NCBI GenBank assembly: GCA_963703955.1
Contig: CAVPGK010000015.1
Location: 143,528-207,527 of the forward strand
Source of the DNA: Nitrospirota bacterium
GTDB lineage: Bacteria; Nitrospirota; Nitrospiria; Nitrospirales; Nitrospiraceae
DNA: 64,000 nucleotides
Reading direction: 5' to 3'
The notes under the pieces are model-generated. The model saw only the letters and a program-made list of their open reading frames with translations. It searched no databases and was not told the origin of the DNA. Shown here in pieces: positions 1-12,567 of this stretch. The position numbers and the translations under genes were made by a program. The stretch's first letter is position 1; each line of letters begins with the position of its first letter.

Positions 1-776
1 CCGAGGTGTGACCCCGAAATCGAGAGTATATGAACGGTCCCCGTGGCCATGAACAGATCACGAACCTCAGGTGTGACATAATCCGGCTCTCCGATGACCA
101 TGCCGAGATACACACCCAACGCGGATCCATCCAGAGCTTGGATCGACGCCTCGCGAATACGGTCTCTCCAGGTGTTGACGAGCATCCAGGGTAACCACTG
201 AGAAGGCCCCGTGTCCGTTTCAAGGATGGTCAGCTTTCCCTGCCCGGATACCGACGCCACTGCGTCGATCCCGTGCTGCTCAAGGTAGGCACCGTAATCG
301 AATCCTCCTGGATTGATCATGCCCGACGGCGGCCGTAGTCGAGCGACAACGGCGATCTGATCGCCCTGATGCACGGTGACGTCTGGGTTTCGCCATGTCA
401 GGCGAAGCCGACCTTCAATCGCCGTCTCGTGGCTGCCTTCTCCCACGGAAGAGAGGCCCAGGACGATCACCGCACGATCCGGCGCGTACCTCGCAGGCTC
501 GACAACCCTGCCGACGATTCTGACCGGATCTCTTCCATCGAGACCCGGCAGAGGTCTCCCGGTCACCGCCCAGAGAAACACCGTCCAATAGAGGACGCCC
601 GCCAAGAGACTTCCGTACATGATCAACCCATGACGCGTGGTCAATCGCTGACGGCGTTCGAGAACGGTGAGTCCCGCTGCCGCAAGAGTCAGGAAGATAA
701 CGATTGTCACCGGAAGGAAGGGAAGAATGGATCCACAGAGCAGTCCGACGATGAAGGCTACGGTGAGAGACAGCAT
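1..776 (-). CDS. comEC: ComEC/Rec2 competence protein, N-terminal part (runs off window)
   Basis: Translated by hand from ATG at 776: hydrophobic N-terminus (MLSLTVAFIVGLLCG...); FMATGTVHILSISGSHL at the window edge matches the ComEC GxxHxxxISGxH motif. Confidence 0.85.
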   Translation of the reverse strand, partial: MLSLTVAFIVGLLCGSILPFLPVTIVIFLTLAAAGLTVLERRQRLTTRHGLIMYGSLLAGVLYWTVFLWAVTGRPLPGLDGRDPVRIVGRVVEPARYAPDRAVIVLGLSSVGEGSHETAIEGRLRLTWRNPDVTVHQGDQIAVVARLRPPSGMINPGGFDYGAYLEQHGIDAVASVSGQGKLTILETDTGPSQWLPWMLVNTWRDRIREASIQALDGSALGVYLGMVIGEPDYVTPEVRDLFMATGTVHILSISGSHL

Positions 777-862
777 GTGGATCCGGCGGACCGGCCGAAC
801 GAGAAACGGTAGCGTAACAATCGCCCGCTTACACCGTGTGTGCCCTCGTGAGAGCCACCGGC

Positions 863-2212
863 CTATCCGAGTCTGGCTCGCACCACCATAGCCAGCTCTT
901 CAGCCAACGATCGGATGAGGGCGTCTCGTTCGCCTTCCACCATGATTCGAAGAAGGGGTTCGGTTCCGGAGTAGCGGACGAGCACTCGACCGGTGCCGTT
1001 TAACTTCACTTCCGCCGACTGAATCGCCTGTTGAATATCGGGGAACGTCGCCAGATCCGGCTTCTCTTTCACCCGCACTCCGAGCAGGACTTGTGGCACC
1101 GCGGACATACACGTGGCGAGGTCGGACAATGGTCGACTTGTGCGCTTCATGAGGCAGAGAAGCTGAAGCGCGGAGATCAGGCCATCCCCTGTCGTATTGT
1201 GGTCGAGGAATATCAGGTGCCCGGATTGCTCACCTCCAACGTTCAATCCGTCGGCGACCATTCGCTCCAACAGGTACCGATCGCCGACCGGCGTACGAAT
1301 CAGCTTGACGCCGGCTTTCGCCATAGCCAGCTCAAGCCCGAAGTTGCTCATGACGGTTCCAACGAGGGTCTGTCGTTTCAACAGGCCTCGTTCATGCATA
1401 TCCAGCGCAATGGAAGCCATGGCATGATCGCCATCGACCACCTTGCCTTCTTCACACACGAAGACAGCCCGGTCGGCATCCCCATCGTGCGCGATCCCCA
1501 CATGAGCCTCGTGGTCCAGCACGGCTTGCTGCAGGCGCTCCGGGGAGACTGCGCCGCAGCCGGCATTGATATTCATCCCATCCGGCTGATCGCCGATCAC
1601 CCAGACCGTCGCTCCCAACTCTCGCAAGACCTTTGGCGCCACTTTATAGGCGGCTCCGTTGGCGCAGTCCACGACGATCCGCAGACCCTGAAAGTCCAAA
1701 TCCTTGGGCAACGAGCGCTTCACGAACTCGATATACCGTCCCTCGGCATCGTCGATCCGGAAGGCCTTCCCGACATCATCCGCCGTCGGACGCAAGTGTT
1801 CGATCTCATCCGATGTAATGAGCGCCTCCATCCGCGCTTCCAACTCGTCGGGGAGTTTGAAACCGTCGTTGGAAAAAAACTTGATCCCATTGTCCTGATA
1901 GGGATTGTGCGAGGCGGAGATCATGACCCCGGCATCGGCTCGAAGGCTCCGGGTGAGAAACGCAATCGCCGGCGTGGGAAGCGGCCCCACCAGAAGGACG
2001 TCCACGCCCATGGAGCAAATTCCGGAGGTCAGTGCGGATTCCAACATGTACCCGGACAAGCGCGTATCTTTTCCGATGACGATCTGATGACGACCGGAGC
2101 GTCGTTTGAAGAGGTACGCCGCTGCGCGACCCAGCTTCATCGCCGTCTCGCTGGTCATCGGCTCAAGATTCGCAACCCCGCGCACTCCATCTGTGCCGAA
2201 TAGCTTGCGCAT
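863..2212 (-). CDS. glmM: Phosphoglucosamine mutase
   Basis: [13 protein letters not shown]-terminus, [14 protein letters not shown] phosphoserine loop, DGDADR metal site. Confidence 0.97.
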   Translation of the reverse strand: MRKLFGTDGVRGVANLEPMTSETAMKLGRAAAYLFKRRSGRHQIVIGKDTRLSGYMLESALTSGICSMGVDVLLVGPLPTPAIAFLTRSLRADAGVMISASHNPYQDNGIKFFSNDGFKLPDELEARMEALITSDEIEHLRPTADDVGKAFRIDDAEGRYIEFVKRSLPKDLDFQGLRIVVDCANGAAYKVAPKVLRELGATVWVIGDQPDGMNINAGCGAVSPERLQQAVLDHEAHVGIAHDGDADRAVFVCEEGKVVDGDHAMASIALDMHERGLLKRQTLVGTVMSNFGLELAMAKAGVKLIRTPVGDRYLLERMVADGLNVGGEQSGHLIFLDHNTTGDGLISALQLLCLMKRTSRPLSDLATCMSAVPQVLLGVRVKEKPDLATFPDIQQAIQSAEVKLNGTGRVLVRYSGTEPLLRIMVEGERDALIRSLAEELAMVVRARLG

Positions 2213-2232
2213 ACCGCTCCTTCGCTGAGCCA

Positions 2233-3135
2233 TCAGCGATCAGCCTTTAGCTCCGGGTGAGTGCCGGCAGCTGATTGCTGACAGCTCATGATGGCTTCTG
2301 TGACACGGACCACGTCCCGTATCTGTTCGACGTCATGCACCCGAACGACCCGAGCTCCGTTGAACACCGCCACAACAACCGCCGCCGCCGTACCCATGAG
2401 ACACTCGTCCACCTGTCGATCCAATACCCGGCCGATAAACGCCTTCCGCGAGACCCCGATGAGGACCGGCCGACCAAGCGTGGTCAACGCATGGAGCCGC
2501 GCCAACAGTGTGAGATTATGCTCCAAATTCTTGCCGAATCCAATGCCGGGGTCAAGGAGAATACGGTCCGGGCTGATCCCGGCGTTGAGAGCCGCTTGCA
2601 TTCGCTCCTGAAAAAAAACGTGCACCTCATCCGTTACGTTGACGTAGTGCGGCGCCTGCTGCATGTCCTTCGGCGTTCCTTGCATATGCATGAGAACAAT
2701 TCCAGCCCCATATCGAGCCACAACCGAAGCCATCTCGGCATCGAACCGGAGAGCGCTAATATCGTTAATTATAGTCGCCCCGGCGTCCAGCGCCTGCTCA
2801 GCGACCCGAGCCTTTCTGGTGTCGACCGAAACAGGCACCGCCACCTTCCGGCAGACTGCACGCACCACGGGAAGCAACCGGCGTAATTCCTCATGTTCCT
2901 CCACGGGGTTAGAGCCCGGCCTGGTGGATTCAGCCCCGATGTCAAGCAGGTCAGCGCCTTGCTCAACCATGGTCAGAGCGCGCGCCAGAGCCGCCTCAGG
3001 GTCCAGGTACAGACCGCCGTCGGAAAAGGAATCGGGGGTGGCATTCAGTACCCCCATGATGTGGACTCGATCAGATAATGGAAGGATACGATCTTTGACC
3101 CTAAGTACCTCTCGGGTGCACGAAGAACTCGGCAT
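2233..3135 (-). CDS. folP: Dihydropteroate synthase
   Basis: [41 protein letters not shown] motifs; start uncertain (ORF open to 3198). Confidence 0.95.
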   Translation of the reverse strand: MPSSSCTREVLRVKDRILPLSDRVHIMGVLNATPDSFSDGGLYLDPEAALARALTMVEQGADLLDIGAESTRPGSNPVEEHEELRRLLPVVRAVCRKVAVPVSVDTRKARVAEQALDAGATIINDISALRFDAEMASVVARYGAGIVLMHMQGTPKDMQQAPHYVNVTDEVHVFFQERMQAALNAGISPDRILLDPGIGFGKNLEHNLTLLARLHALTTLGRPVLIGVSRKAFIGRVLDRQVDECLMGTAAAVVVAVFNGARVVRVHDVEQIRDVVRVTEAIMSCQQSAAGTHPELKADR

Positions 3136-3270
3136 GACCGTTCGCCTTATCAAACCAACCGCGAGCCGGGCAGGATAACAACTGTGGGAGACCCGCACAG
3201 GGACCTGTTTTAAACAATGCGATGCGCACGACAGGGGCCCGCCGTGCGCATCGCGAGACCACTTGGGAAA

Positions 3271-5085
3271 TCAGACAGGAACAGCCTGCGGCATTGAACC
3301 TTTCTGAATAATCTGATCGATTTCCAGAGCGTCGAGCACTTCCTTCTCCAGCAGTGCTTCCGCCAGGGCTTTCAGTATGCCCATGTGTTCGGTGAGCATG
3401 CGCTTCGCCCGTTCGTAATTCTCAATGACCAACCGTTTCACTTCATGATCGATCTCAATGGCCACCTGCTCGCTGAAATCACGGCGAGTTGCGATCTCGC
3501 GACCGAGAAAGATTTCCTCGTCCTTTTTTCCGAAGGTCAGCGGACCCAGCTTCTCGCTCATCCCCCACTCACAGACCATTTTGCGGGCCAAATCGGTGGC
3601 GCGCTCGATGTCGTTCCCGGCGCCGGTCGTGACATGATTAAGGACCAACTCCTCAGCCACTCGCCCGCCGAGAAGAATCGCCAAGTTGTTGTAGAGAAAG
3701 TCCTTGGAGAAGTTGTGCCGGTCGTCGGTCGGAAGCTGCATGGTCACGCCCAAGGCTCGTCCACGGGGAATGATCGTGACTTTGTGGACAGGATCGGCGC
3801 CAGGCAACAACTTGGCCATGAGCGCATGGCCGGCCTCATGATACGCGGTGGTCCGCTTCTCCTCGTCGGTCAAGACCATGCTCTTGCGCTCGGCGCCCAT
3901 GAGCACCTTGTCTTTCGCGGTCTCAAAATCCACCAACTCCACGACCTTCTTATCCTGCCGAGCCGCCCAGAGCGCGGCTTCATTGACCAGATTTTCCAAA
4001 TCGGCGCCCGAAAACCCTGGCGTCCCGCGAGCGATTTTTTCCAACTCAACATCGCCCGCGATTGGTACCTTCTTGGTGTGCACCTTGAGGATTTCGGCGC
4101 GACCCCTCAGGTCAGGACGATTCACCACAATCTGTCGATCAAATCGGCCAGGCCTCAGCAGAGCCGGATCCAGCACATCAGGCCGATTGGTGGCCGCAAT
4201 GAGGATGACCCCTTCCGTCGTGTCGAACCCATCCATTTCCACAAGAAGCTGGTTCAGTGTCTGTTCCCGCTCGTCATGGCCACCCCCGAGTCCGGCTCCG
4301 CGCAGGCGACCGACCGCATCGATCTCGTCGATGAAGATAATGCACGGCGCATGTTTCTTGCCTTGCTCGAACAAATCGCGCACACGGGATGCGCCCACCC
4401 CAACGAACATTTCCACGAAGTCCGAGCCGCTGATACTGAAAAACGGCACACCCGCTTCCCCTGCAATGGCTTTGGCGAGAAGCGTTTTTCCAGTGCCCGG
4501 CGGACCCACGATCAGCACGCCTTTGGGAATCCTCCCGCCCAGCTTTTGGAACTTTCTGGGATCCTTTAGGAATTCGATAATTTCCGAGACTTCTTCCTTC
4601 GCTTCGTCAATCCCCGCCACATCCGAGAAGGTGATTTTTTTCCGTTCCTCGGTCAGCATGCGGGCGCGGCTTTTTCCGAAGGAAAGCGCCTTGTTTCCCC
4701 CGATCTGCATTTGACGCATCAAGAAAAACCAGAGCCCCAGAAACAGAATGAATGGTCCCCACGTGACGAGGAACGTGATATACCACGGACTCTCATCTGG
4801 GGGCTTGGCCTCGATCTGAACGTTGCGTTCACGAAGCACCTTCACCATGTCCGGATATTCGGCCGAGTAGGTTCGGATCCGGGTGCCGTCCTTAAGAATA
4901 GCGCTGATGTGATTGGACTTGATGATAACTTTGGTGACGTCGCCCTTATCCAACTGGGCCATGAAGTCGCTAAAAATCACTTCTTCTTCGGGCGCATGAG
5001 TCGGAACGCTAAATAGATTGAAGAGCAGAATCATGAAGAGCCCGACTACAACCCAGAACAGCAGGTTTTTCACCCGAGAATTCAT
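3271..5085 (-). CDS. ftsH: ATP-dependent zinc metalloprotease FtsH
   Basis: Two TM segments, GPPGTGKT Walker A, IIFIDEID Walker B, HEAGH zinc motif; AGGAGG RBS before ATG 5085. Confidence 0.98.
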   Translation of the reverse strand: MNSRVKNLLFWVVVGLFMILLFNLFSVPTHAPEEEVIFSDFMAQLDKGDVTKVIIKSNHISAILKDGTRIRTYSAEYPDMVKVLRERNVQIEAKPPDESPWYITFLVTWGPFILFLGLWFFLMRQMQIGGNKALSFGKSRARMLTEERKKITFSDVAGIDEAKEEVSEIIEFLKDPRKFQKLGGRIPKGVLIVGPPGTGKTLLAKAIAGEAGVPFFSISGSDFVEMFVGVGASRVRDLFEQGKKHAPCIIFIDEIDAVGRLRGAGLGGGHDEREQTLNQLLVEMDGFDTTEGVILIAATNRPDVLDPALLRPGRFDRQIVVNRPDLRGRAEILKVHTKKVPIAGDVELEKIARGTPGFSGADLENLVNEAALWAARQDKKVVELVDFETAKDKVLMGAERKSMVLTDEEKRTTAYHEAGHALMAKLLPGADPVHKVTIIPRGRALGVTMQLPTDDRHNFSKDFLYNNLAILLGGRVAEELVLNHVTTGAGNDIERATDLARKMVCEWGMSEKLGPLTFGKKDEEIFLGREIATRRDFSEQVAIEIDHEVKRLVIENYERAKRMLTEHMGILKALAEALLEKEVLDALEIDQIIQKGSMPQAVPV

Positions 5086-5410
5086 CCGACTCCTCCTAGT
5101 CACCAAACAAACGCGATCGAAAGAATGTATCGGCAGATTTTAACACAGAGTCTCGAAATGTGACAAGAATGGCGCTAGGTGGCCGGATTTCGTCACGAGG
5201 TGGCCGGGACCGAAGGTCACCGGGGCTTCTCCCAAGGCGCACCGCGCATGAATAAAGATCGCCACCTCTGCGCATGCCGCCGCTCATGGCGAGCCGGCCG
5301 GTTCTGAAAGATTGGACCCTCTGAATCAAACGTCGAGGAGGTCGAACAATAAAAGCCTCACTAGGGCGAAAGGATCGACTGCCACAGTAGGCGTTCATCA
5401 ATAATCCCGG

Positions 5411-5959
5411 TTAGGCCTCCTCGCCGGTGTCATCAACTTTGTCCAGAACCGCTAGATACGGAAGATTACGATACTTCTGCTGGTAGTCGAGCCCATACCC
5501 CACGACGTACTTATTAGGAATTGCAAAGCCCGTGTACTGCACCGCGACATCCACCTTCCGCCGCTCCGGTTTGCTGAGCAGCGCACACACTTTGATCGAT
5601 TTGGGCTTCCGTTTCGATAGCGTGTTGATCAGATTCTGAACCGTCAACCCGGAATCGACGATGTCCTCTACCAGCAACACGTCCCTCCCGGCGATGTCCT
5701 CCGTTAAATCCGTCATGATCTTCACCTTGCCGGTACTCTTCGGTTTGGAGCCATAACTCGTCACGACCAAAAAATCCACCCGCAGGGGAAGCCGGATGGC
5801 ACGCGCAAGGTCCGCGTAGAAGGCAAAGGCGCCTTTGAGAATACCGACAAGGATCAGGTCCTTGTCGACATAATCCGCTGTAATCTGCCGCCCCAGCTCG
5901 CGAATGCGCGTCCGCATTTCTTCCTGGGTCACAATCGGTCTCCCGAATATACGTTCCAT
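5411..5959 (-). CDS. hpt: Hypoxanthine phosphoribosyltransferase
   Basis: VLLVEDIVDSGLT PRPP motif, VVGYGLDY, RNLPY; tilS-hpt-ftsH synteny. Confidence 0.96.
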   Translation of the reverse strand: MERIFGRPIVTQEEMRTRIRELGRQITADYVDKDLILVGILKGAFAFYADLARAIRLPLRVDFLVVTSYGSKPKSTGKVKIMTDLTEDIAGRDVLLVEDIVDSGLTVQNLINTLSKRKPKSIKVCALLSKPERRKVDVAVQYTGFAIPNKYVVGYGLDYQQKYRNLPYLAVLDKVDDTGEEA

Positions 5960-5961
5960 CG

Positions 5962-7452
5962 CTAAAGAGTCTCCTGCGCATCCACCGGATCGGAGAGTGT
6001 GACCATGATGATCCTTTTCGTCGTCGGCGTGACACGAAAGCGATGATCCATTCGATGTCCCCCCACCCAGAGAATGCCTTCCGGCGCCAAAACCAGGGGA
6101 ACCTTGGTCCGCTCCGCTCGCGGCAACTTAATGTCCGAAAAGTAGTCTTGAAGCTTCTTGCGTCGGCCACCCATACCCAGAGGCTGAAACGCGTCACCTG
6201 GCTGCCAACATCGCACGATCAGGCTCATCGCGAAGGAATCGGCATCCAACAGGGCTACGTTTCGTGATCGGGACCCCACGTGCCCCGGGCCAGGCAGCAC
6301 TGAGTGTACCAAACTTGTCCGAATCAGTTGTCCGGTTAGCGGCCAAGCCTGCGTCGAAGGAACAGGCAACAAGAACTCCATAGAACCGCTGTCCGCGGGA
6401 GGAGCCTGATCACACAACCGAACGGCGCACACGTGGATCTGGTTGTAGTCACGACTGATCCGACTCCTCTGAACGATGAGCGATGAGCCGGACCGTCCAC
6501 GCACGACGCGTGTGAGCACGGCCGACACGGCGCCGAACCCTGGCCCTTGAGTTATCCCCGACACTCGCCGGATCGCCGCACGGACGATCCGGCGTTGAAG
6601 CGCCACGGGCAACGCGATGAGGCCCTCCCGATCCACGACAAGCTCGCCGTTGGACGCCTTGCGAACCAGCCCCAAGAGGTGATCCGCTGCGACCTGTTCG
6701 AGCCAGAGGTTCTCCTCACGAAGGATGTCGGCCTGCCGTCCCAGCACTTGGATAATCGACGGATTGAACGCGGTCAAGACAGGCATGAGTTCCTGACGGA
6801 TACGGTTCCGCAAATAGACCGGCTTCGCATTGGTCGAATCGACCCGCCATGGTAACCCCTCGGCCTCCAAGTAGGCGAGCACATCCGCACGCCTCATCGC
6901 CAACAAGGGACGGATAAATAGGGATTCACGCGTCGGGGGGATCCCGGACAGCCCGAGCGGACCTGATCCCCGAAGCATCCACATGAGAAGGGTTTCAGCC
7001 TGATCATCCCCTGTGTGACCAAGCGCGATCCTATCGGCACCAATCGACGCGCCGATTCGCATCATGGCGCTGTAGCGAGCCTCTCGAGCAACTTCCTGAA
7101 GCGAGCGGCCTTTCCATCGACTTGACAGACCGGCCGGTCCACCGAGGTCAATGTTCTCGCTGATCAGTTCGATCCCCATCCGACCACACAGATCGGCAAC
7201 AAAGCGCGCATCTTGATGGGACTCCTCACCTCGAAGACCATAGTTGAAATGGACGGCGGACAAGCTGAGGCGCCACGAGGGGGCCAGGGCCGCCAAGACC
7301 GACAGGAGCGCGACTGAGTCGGGGCCGCCGGACACCGCGATGAGGATTTTTTCGCCGGGTTCGAAGAGGCGGGGCCTGTTCACCATTTCGGCGACCCGTC
7401 GAACGAACGTCGATCGAAGCCTCGCTTCGTGAACGGGCATCTTCATGGGCAT
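5962..7452 (-). CDS. tilS: tRNA(Ile)-lysidine synthetase
   Basis: AVSGGPDS PP-loop, HTGDDQAET, IRPLL, RNRIR, C-terminal KKLQDYF. Confidence 0.96.
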   Translation of the reverse strand: MPMKMPVHEARLRSTFVRRVAEMVNRPRLFEPGEKILIAVSGGPDSVALLSVLAALAPSWRLSLSAVHFNYGLRGEESHQDARFVADLCGRMGIELISENIDLGGPAGLSSRWKGRSLQEVAREARYSAMMRIGASIGADRIALGHTGDDQAETLLMWMLRGSGPLGLSGIPPTRESLFIRPLLAMRRADVLAYLEAEGLPWRVDSTNAKPVYLRNRIRQELMPVLTAFNPSIIQVLGRQADILREENLWLEQVAADHLLGLVRKASNGELVVDREGLIALPVALQRRIVRAAIRRVSGITQGPGFGAVSAVLTRVVRGRSGSSLIVQRSRISRDYNQIHVCAVRLCDQAPPADSGSMEFLLPVPSTQAWPLTGQLIRTSLVHSVLPGPGHVGSRSRNVALLDADSFAMSLIVRCWQPGDAFQPLGMGGRRKKLQDYFSDIKLPRAERTKVPLVLAPEGILWVGGHRMDHRFRVTPTTKRIIMVTLSDPVDAQETL

Positions 7453-7456
7453 CGCC

Positions 7457-8404
7457 TCACAGATCACTCCGTGATGGAGAAATCGCCTTGAGCGTTTCCC
7501 TCGCAAGGGTCACATCCAGGTCAATGCGCGCGGACAGTTCTTCAGGTGTCTGAAAAACCCGATCTTCCCGGAGACGATCAACGAACTGCACGCGAATGTG
7601 CTCATCGTACAGGTTGACCTGTTCATCCAGAAGATAAACTTCCAGCAGACGCTCCCCGGCACCAAAGGTGGGGCGCGTTCCGATATAGGAAACCGCTTCG
7701 AAGGTCCGCCTGTTCCACCACGTCCTGCTCGCATAGACCCCATCGGCGGGAATGACACGATCCTGAGGCAAGCGAAGATTGGCCGTCGGCCAGCCGAGTT
7801 TCTTCCCTCGATCCACCCCAGGGATCACAGTGCCGCTCAAGACATAGGGCCGGCCCAGAAAACGGGCTGCCCGCCGAACGTCTCCGGATTGCACCAGTGT
7901 TCGGATGCGTGTCGAGCTGACCACATCGCCGTCCACGCGGATCGCGGGCACGGCATGGACCCGAAATCCCGCCGTCGTTCCCAGCCGAACGAGGTCGCTC
8001 ATCGTCCCGGTTCGGCCCTTTCCGAAGGCAAAGTGCTCTCCCACAAACAGTTCCCGCACCCCGATCCCGTCTCTCAACACGCCGAAGACGAACTCTGCCG
8101 GGGTCAAGGCCGCAAAGGCCGTGTTGAACTCAACAAAGATCACCTCTTCAATGCCGGCTTCTTGAAAGCGCGCGAGTTTGTCTTCCATAGTCATCAAAAA
8201 GCGGAGGACCGTTCCGGGAGACAAGACGGTGATGGGATGGGGATCGAACGTCAGCGCAACCGGCGTGCCGCCGTGCTGCGCCGCCTCCTGCACAACGGCC
8301 TGTAAGAGCGCCACATGCCCGAGGTGCTGGCCATCAAAATTGCCGATGGTAAGGACGGGGTATGGGGTTCGCTTATGCTCCGCGAGCCCCCGCGTGACTT
8401 TCAT
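7457..8404 (-). CDS. ribF: Bifunctional riboflavin kinase/FAD synthetase
   Basis: IGNFDGQHLGH, SSTRIR, GWPTAN, IGTRPTF motifs. Confidence 0.96.
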   Translation of the reverse strand: MKVTRGLAEHKRTPYPVLTIGNFDGQHLGHVALLQAVVQEAAQHGGTPVALTFDPHPITVLSPGTVLRFLMTMEDKLARFQEAGIEEVIFVEFNTAFAALTPAEFVFGVLRDGIGVRELFVGEHFAFGKGRTGTMSDLVRLGTTAGFRVHAVPAIRVDGDVVSSTRIRTLVQSGDVRRAARFLGRPYVLSGTVIPGVDRGKKLGWPTANLRLPQDRVIPADGVYASRTWWNRRTFEAVSYIGTRPTFGAGERLLEVYLLDEQVNLYDEHIRVQFVDRLREDRVFQTPEELSARIDLDVTLARETLKAISPSRSDL

Positions 8405-8416
8405 GGCATCATCTCT

Positions 8417-9397
8417 TCATGCTCGTTCGTTCAAGAGTCTCGCGGCATCCTTGGCAAAATAGGTTAGGATGAGGTCGGCGCCCGCCCGTTTGATGGATAG
8501 CAACGATTCCATCATCGCCCGTGTTTCATCCAGCCAGCCGGCGCTGGCGGCGGCTTTGATCATGCTGTATTCTCCGCTGACCTGGTACGCAGCTACCGGC
8601 AAGGCAACGCGTGCCCGGGCCGCCGCGATCACATCCAGGAACGGCAGCGCCGGCTTGACCATGACGATATCCGCTCCCTCTTCGACGTCCAGGTCGATCT
8701 CGCGAAGGGCCTCCCGCCCATTGGCCACATCCATCTGATACGACCCGCGATCACCGAATTTGGGGGTGGAGTCTACTGCTTCACGAAACGGCGCGTAGAA
8801 GCAGGAGGCAAATTTGGCCGCGTATGACATGATCGGCAGATCGACAAACCCATGGCGGTCCAGTTCGTCGCGGATGGCCGCCACGCGGCCATCCATCATG
8901 TCGGAAGGGGCCAGCATGTCCGCTCCCGCCTGCGCGTGTGTGCGCGCCATCGCCCGCAAACACTCCAACGTCTCGTCGTTGAGAATACGACCATCCTGCA
9001 CCAAGCCACAGTGGCCGTGGGACGTGTATTCATCGATGCAGACATCCGTGATCACGAGCAACTCTGGCACCTGGTCCTTCAACATGCGCACGGCCTGTTG
9101 GACAATCCCGTCAGGATCATACGCCGACGACCCTCGCTCGTCTTTTCGGTCAGGGACGCCGAAAAGAATCACGGCAGGAATCCCGAGCAGTTTGACCTCC
9201 GCCGCTTCTTTGACGAGGAGATCCGCCGACCATCGGTACTGGCCCGGCATCGAGGTAATCTCTTCCCGCCGATCCCGTCCCGTGGCGACAAACATGGGGT
9301 AAATCAAATCCTCGGTCGATAACTTCGTTTCTCGAACGAGACGGCGCAGCGGCTCATTCTGCCGCAATCGTCTCAATCGCTGTTGAGGAAACGCCAT
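8417..9397 (-). CDS. hemB: Porphobilinogen synthase
   Basis: [45 protein letters not shown]. Confidence 0.98.
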   Translation of the reverse strand: MAFPQQRLRRLRQNEPLRRLVRETKLSTEDLIYPMFVATGRDRREEITSMPGQYRWSADLLVKEAAEVKLLGIPAVILFGVPDRKDERGSSAYDPDGIVQQAVRMLKDQVPELLVITDVCIDEYTSHGHCGLVQDGRILNDETLECLRAMARTHAQAGADMLAPSDMMDGRVAAIRDELDRHGFVDLPIMSYAAKFASCFYAPFREAVDSTPKFGDRGSYQMDVANGREALREIDLDVEEGADIVMVKPALPFLDVIAAARARVALPVAAYQVSGEYSMIKAAASAGWLDETRAMMESLLSIKRAGADLILTYFAKDAARLLNERA

Positions 9398-9438
9398 ATT
9401 CAAACCCGATTGTAGAGCAACACTCGACGTGTGATCCG

Positions 9439-9566
9439 GTGGCTGCTCAAAATGGCCCTCCCAGGAATCCGCAGTGACTTCGGGACGCCGAGCCGTGCAT
9501 TTCGCCTACGTCGACGCATCCGAACGACTGACAATGAAGTTGGGGCCCTTTTTTCAGCAACCGCTA
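9439..9566. mobile_element. MITE-like element with IS5-type terminal inverted repeats
   Basis: Left GGCTGCTCAAAATGGCCC, right GGGCCCTTTTTTCAGCAACCGCTA; imperfect IR resembling the IS end at 18510-18528; abuts the CBS gene TAG stop. Confidence 0.65.
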
Positions 9567-9956
9567 TTTTCTTGGAAGATTGGTCAGGAACACGACCAGA
9601 TCCCGCACGGAGATCATGCCGACTAATTTTCCGTTCCGCGTGACGCCCAGATGCCGGAGGTGCGAGTTCGCCATAATGTCATTGGCATCAAGCAGCGTTT
9701 TGTTTTCTTCGATCGTGACGATCGGCGCCGACATGATCTGCTCAATGGCCATCTTCGCAGGATCTCCTCCGACGGCCACCGCGCGTCGCACCATATCCGT
9801 ATCGGTCACGATACCGATAATCTCCTTGCCACGGGAGATGAACAGACTGCCGATATTCCGATCGCGCATGATTTCCGCCGCCTTTCGGACGTCGGTATCG
9901 CGGTCGACCGTGACGAATTTTTCCGCAGGGATCATGAATGATTTCACTGGCACCAT
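9564..9956 (-). CDS. CBS domain (tandem pair) protein
   Basis: AAEIMRDRNIGSL...IGIVTDTDMVR and LRHLGV...GMISVRDL; paralog of 52145-52546. Confidence 0.9.
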   Translation of the reverse strand: MVPVKSFMIPAEKFVTVDRDTDVRKAAEIMRDRNIGSLFISRGKEIIGIVTDTDMVRRAVAVGGDPAKMAIEQIMSAPIVTIEENKTLLDANDIMANSHLRHLGVTRNGKLVGMISVRDLVVFLTNLPRK

Positions 9957-10067
9957 GCTGATTCTCTCCTTTCAACAGTTCTGCCAAAAACCGCCCACAC
10001 GATCACCGTCTCACTCCTCCATCCGATCGCTCAGAGCCTCACCGGAAGCATGTTCGTTGCTCGACGG

Positions 10068-11621
10068 TTAATGGCTGGCGCGCTGAAAATGATCGACAAT
10101 GGCCCGCACCAGCGCCGGAATCGTATTTTCCTCAGCCAAGACCGCAACCACCAGTCCTTCCTCCTCGGCAGTCTGCGCGGTGATCGGACCGATACAGGCC
10201 ACAGCGGAACCCGCCATGAGTTTGTTCATCTCTTCCCGACTATCGAACAGCCCGCAAAAGTTGCGTACCGTCGACGAACTGGCGAAGGTCACCACGTCGA
10301 TCTCATGACGAACGAATCGGTCTTTCAATTGCCCGACTTCGAGAGATGCGCGGACCGTCCGGTACACGGTCACGACCCGCACGTCGGCGCCCATCTGGCG
10401 AAGTTGTTCAGGAAGAATCTCCCTCGCCATGGCCGCTCGCGCGATCAGAACTCGCTGTCCTGTCACCTCGGCTTTCAGAGCGTCGATGAGCCCTTCGGCC
10501 TGAAATTGACCAGGAATCACATCGGCGCTCAATCCGTATCGGCTCAACTCCTCCGCCGTTCTGGGGCCGATGCAGCAGAGCCTGAGACCCGAGAATGCCC
10601 GAGCATCCCGGCCTTGCTGCCGAAGGCGTTCCATGAAAGGGCGCACCCCGTTGACGCTCGTGAAGACCAACCACTGAAAACGAGTCAACTCGGCAATAGC
10701 TGTATCCACCTCTGTCCAGTCTTCCGGGGGGGCAATTTGAATCACCGGACATTCGACCGGTTCGGCTCCATGATCCAGCAACAAACGAGACAGCTCTCCG
10801 GCCTGTTCCCGAGCACGGGTCACCAGAATCCGCTTGCCGAACAAAGGCTTGCGCTCGAACCAGTTTAATTGCTCTCGAAGGCGAACGACGTTCCCTACAA
10901 CGATCACGGTTGGCGGTTCGATCGCCGCGTGCGCGGCCTTCTGCACGATATCGCCCAACGTTCCGACCACGGTACGCTGCGTTGAGCGAGTCCCCCAACG
11001 GATCAACGCCACTGGCGTGTCAACCGACTTTCCCTCCGTCGTCAGGTGTTCGACAAGAGCCGGCAGGTTCTTCAGCCCCATGAGGAATACCAGGGTGCCG
11101 TTGCCGGAGGCCAATCTCGGCCACTCCAATCTTGTTCCCCCTTTTGCCGGATCCTCGTGCCCTGTCACGAACGTGACCGTCGATGCCAACGTCCGATGGG
11201 TCACCGGAATGCCTGCATAGGCCGGCACCGCCACAGCCGACGTCACACCGGGAACGACCTCGAAAGGAATTCCTGAGGCGGCAACGGCTTCAGCTTCTTC
11301 CCCCCCACGTCCGAAGACAAAGGGATCTCCTCCCTTGAGCCGTACGACAATTTTGCCTTCACGGGCCTTGTCGATGAGTAACCGGTTCACCTCCTTTTGA
11401 TCCTGGTAGGCCCCTCGACCCCGGCGACCGACATACAATCGCTCGGCGTGAGCCGGAACGAGATCGAGAAGGACAGGATTGGCTAAGTAGTCATAGAGCA
11501 CGACATCTGCCTGTTCGAGGCATTCTTTACCCCGAATCGTTAATAGTCGAGGGTCTCCTGGACCTGATCCAACTAAATAAACTTTTCCATAGTTCACAGA
11601 TGATTTCTCAGGCTTGACCAT
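10068..11621 (-). CDS. cobA/hemD: Uroporphyrinogen-III C-methyltransferase / uroporphyrinogen-III synthase fusion
   Basis: [28 protein letters not shown]-terminal [23 protein letters not shown]. Confidence 0.95.
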   Translation of the reverse strand: MVKPEKSSVNYGKVYLVGSGPGDPRLLTIRGKECLEQADVVLYDYLANPVLLDLVPAHAERLYVGRRGRGAYQDQKEVNRLLIDKAREGKIVVRLKGGDPFVFGRGGEEAEAVAASGIPFEVVPGVTSAVAVPAYAGIPVTHRTLASTVTFVTGHEDPAKGGTRLEWPRLASGNGTLVFLMGLKNLPALVEHLTTEGKSVDTPVALIRWGTRSTQRTVVGTLGDIVQKAAHAAIEPPTVIVVGNVVRLREQLNWFERKPLFGKRILVTRAREQAGELSRLLLDHGAEPVECPVIQIAPPEDWTEVDTAIAELTRFQWLVFTSVNGVRPFMERLRQQGRDARAFSGLRLCCIGPRTAEELSRYGLSADVIPGQFQAEGLIDALKAEVTGQRVLIARAAMAREILPEQLRQMGADVRVVTVYRTVRASLEVGQLKDRFVRHEIDVVTFASSSTVRNFCGLFDSREEMNKLMAGSAVACIGPITAQTAEEEGLVVAVLAEENTIPALVRAIVDHFQRASH

Positions 11622-12567
11622 AGATTTCTTTCAGGATTGACTCACCCCCTCCCGCAAGCAGCCGTTCCGCCAACCGAACACCCAAACTATGCCCGTCAGT
11701 TGCAGATCCCTGAACCGAGTCACGCACAATGCGCCGACCGTCTATACTCGCAATGAGCCCCTCAAGGACCACCTGCTCTTCCTTGATCACCGCGTGCGCA
11801 GCGATGGGAACCTGACACCCCCCTTCCAGCCGCTCGAGCAGTGCTCGCTCGGCCATGACGGCGATGCGTGTCGGAGAGTGATCCAAGCCCGAGACGAGAC
11901 TTCGAACAAATGAATCATCGCGCCGCCCTTCCAGCGCTAAGGCACCCTGTCCGATCGCCGGAAGGCTTACAGCGAAGGGGAGGTATTCCGTCACTTCACC
12001 GTCCCAGCCCATGCGTCTCAGGCCTGCCGCCGCCAAGACAATGGCATCATACTCGCCAGTGCGCAGTTTGCGGAGTCGACTGTCCAAATTTCCGCGCAAC
12101 ATTTCGATCCGAAGGTCCGACCGGTGATGGAGAAGCTGTGACTGCCGACGTAGGCTGCTGGTTCCGACACGCGCTCCCTGGGGAAGCCGTTCCAACGTGA
12201 ACGCCTCCCGGCTGACCAACGCATCTCTCGGATCCTCTCTCGCCGGAACACAGAGGATCTCGAGTGCGTCAGGAAGAACGGTCGGCACATCTTTCATGCT
12301 GTGAACGGCAAGATCGATGTCGCCTTGGATAAGCGCATCTTCGATTTCCTTGACAAACAGCCCCTTGCCGCCAACCTTCGCCAGAGGAACGTCCAATATC
12401 TTATCGCCAGATGTCTTGATACGCCGTAGGGATACTCTGACGTCCGCAGAGATCTCCCGCAACCGGGCTTGTACCCATTCCGCCTGCCACATCGCCAAGC
12501 GGCTGCCCCGCGTTCCGATCACGACCGACCCGCGTGGCGCCTGGGATGTCTTGACCGTGACGCTCAC
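11608..12567 (-). CDS. hemC: Hydroxymethylbilane synthase
   Basis: IGTRGSRLAMWQ, GGKGLFVKE, AVHSMKDVP, GTSSLRR, LEGGCQVP. Confidence 0.98.
   Translation of the reverse strand: MSVTVKTSQAPRGSVVIGTRGSRLAMWQAEWVQARLREISADVRVSLRRIKTSGDKILDVPLAKVGGKGLFVKEIEDALIQGDIDLAVHSMKDVPTVLPDALEILCVPAREDPRDALVSREAFTLERLPQGARVGTSSLRRQSQLLHHRSDLRIEMLRGNLDSRLRKLRTGEYDAIVLAAAGLRRMGWDGEVTEYLPFAVSLPAIGQGALALEGRRDDSFVRSLVSGLDHSPTRIAVMAERALLERLEGGCQVPIAAHAVIKEEQVVLEGLIASIDGRRIVRDSVQGSATDGHSLGVRLAERLLAGGGESILKEIYGQA

Noticed and set aside
1031..4714. Long + strand ORFs (390, 394, 288 aa) opposite glmM/folP/ftsH, and similar shadows throughout the window
   Set aside because: Antisense shadows of well-supported genes in GC-rich DNA, with no motifs.
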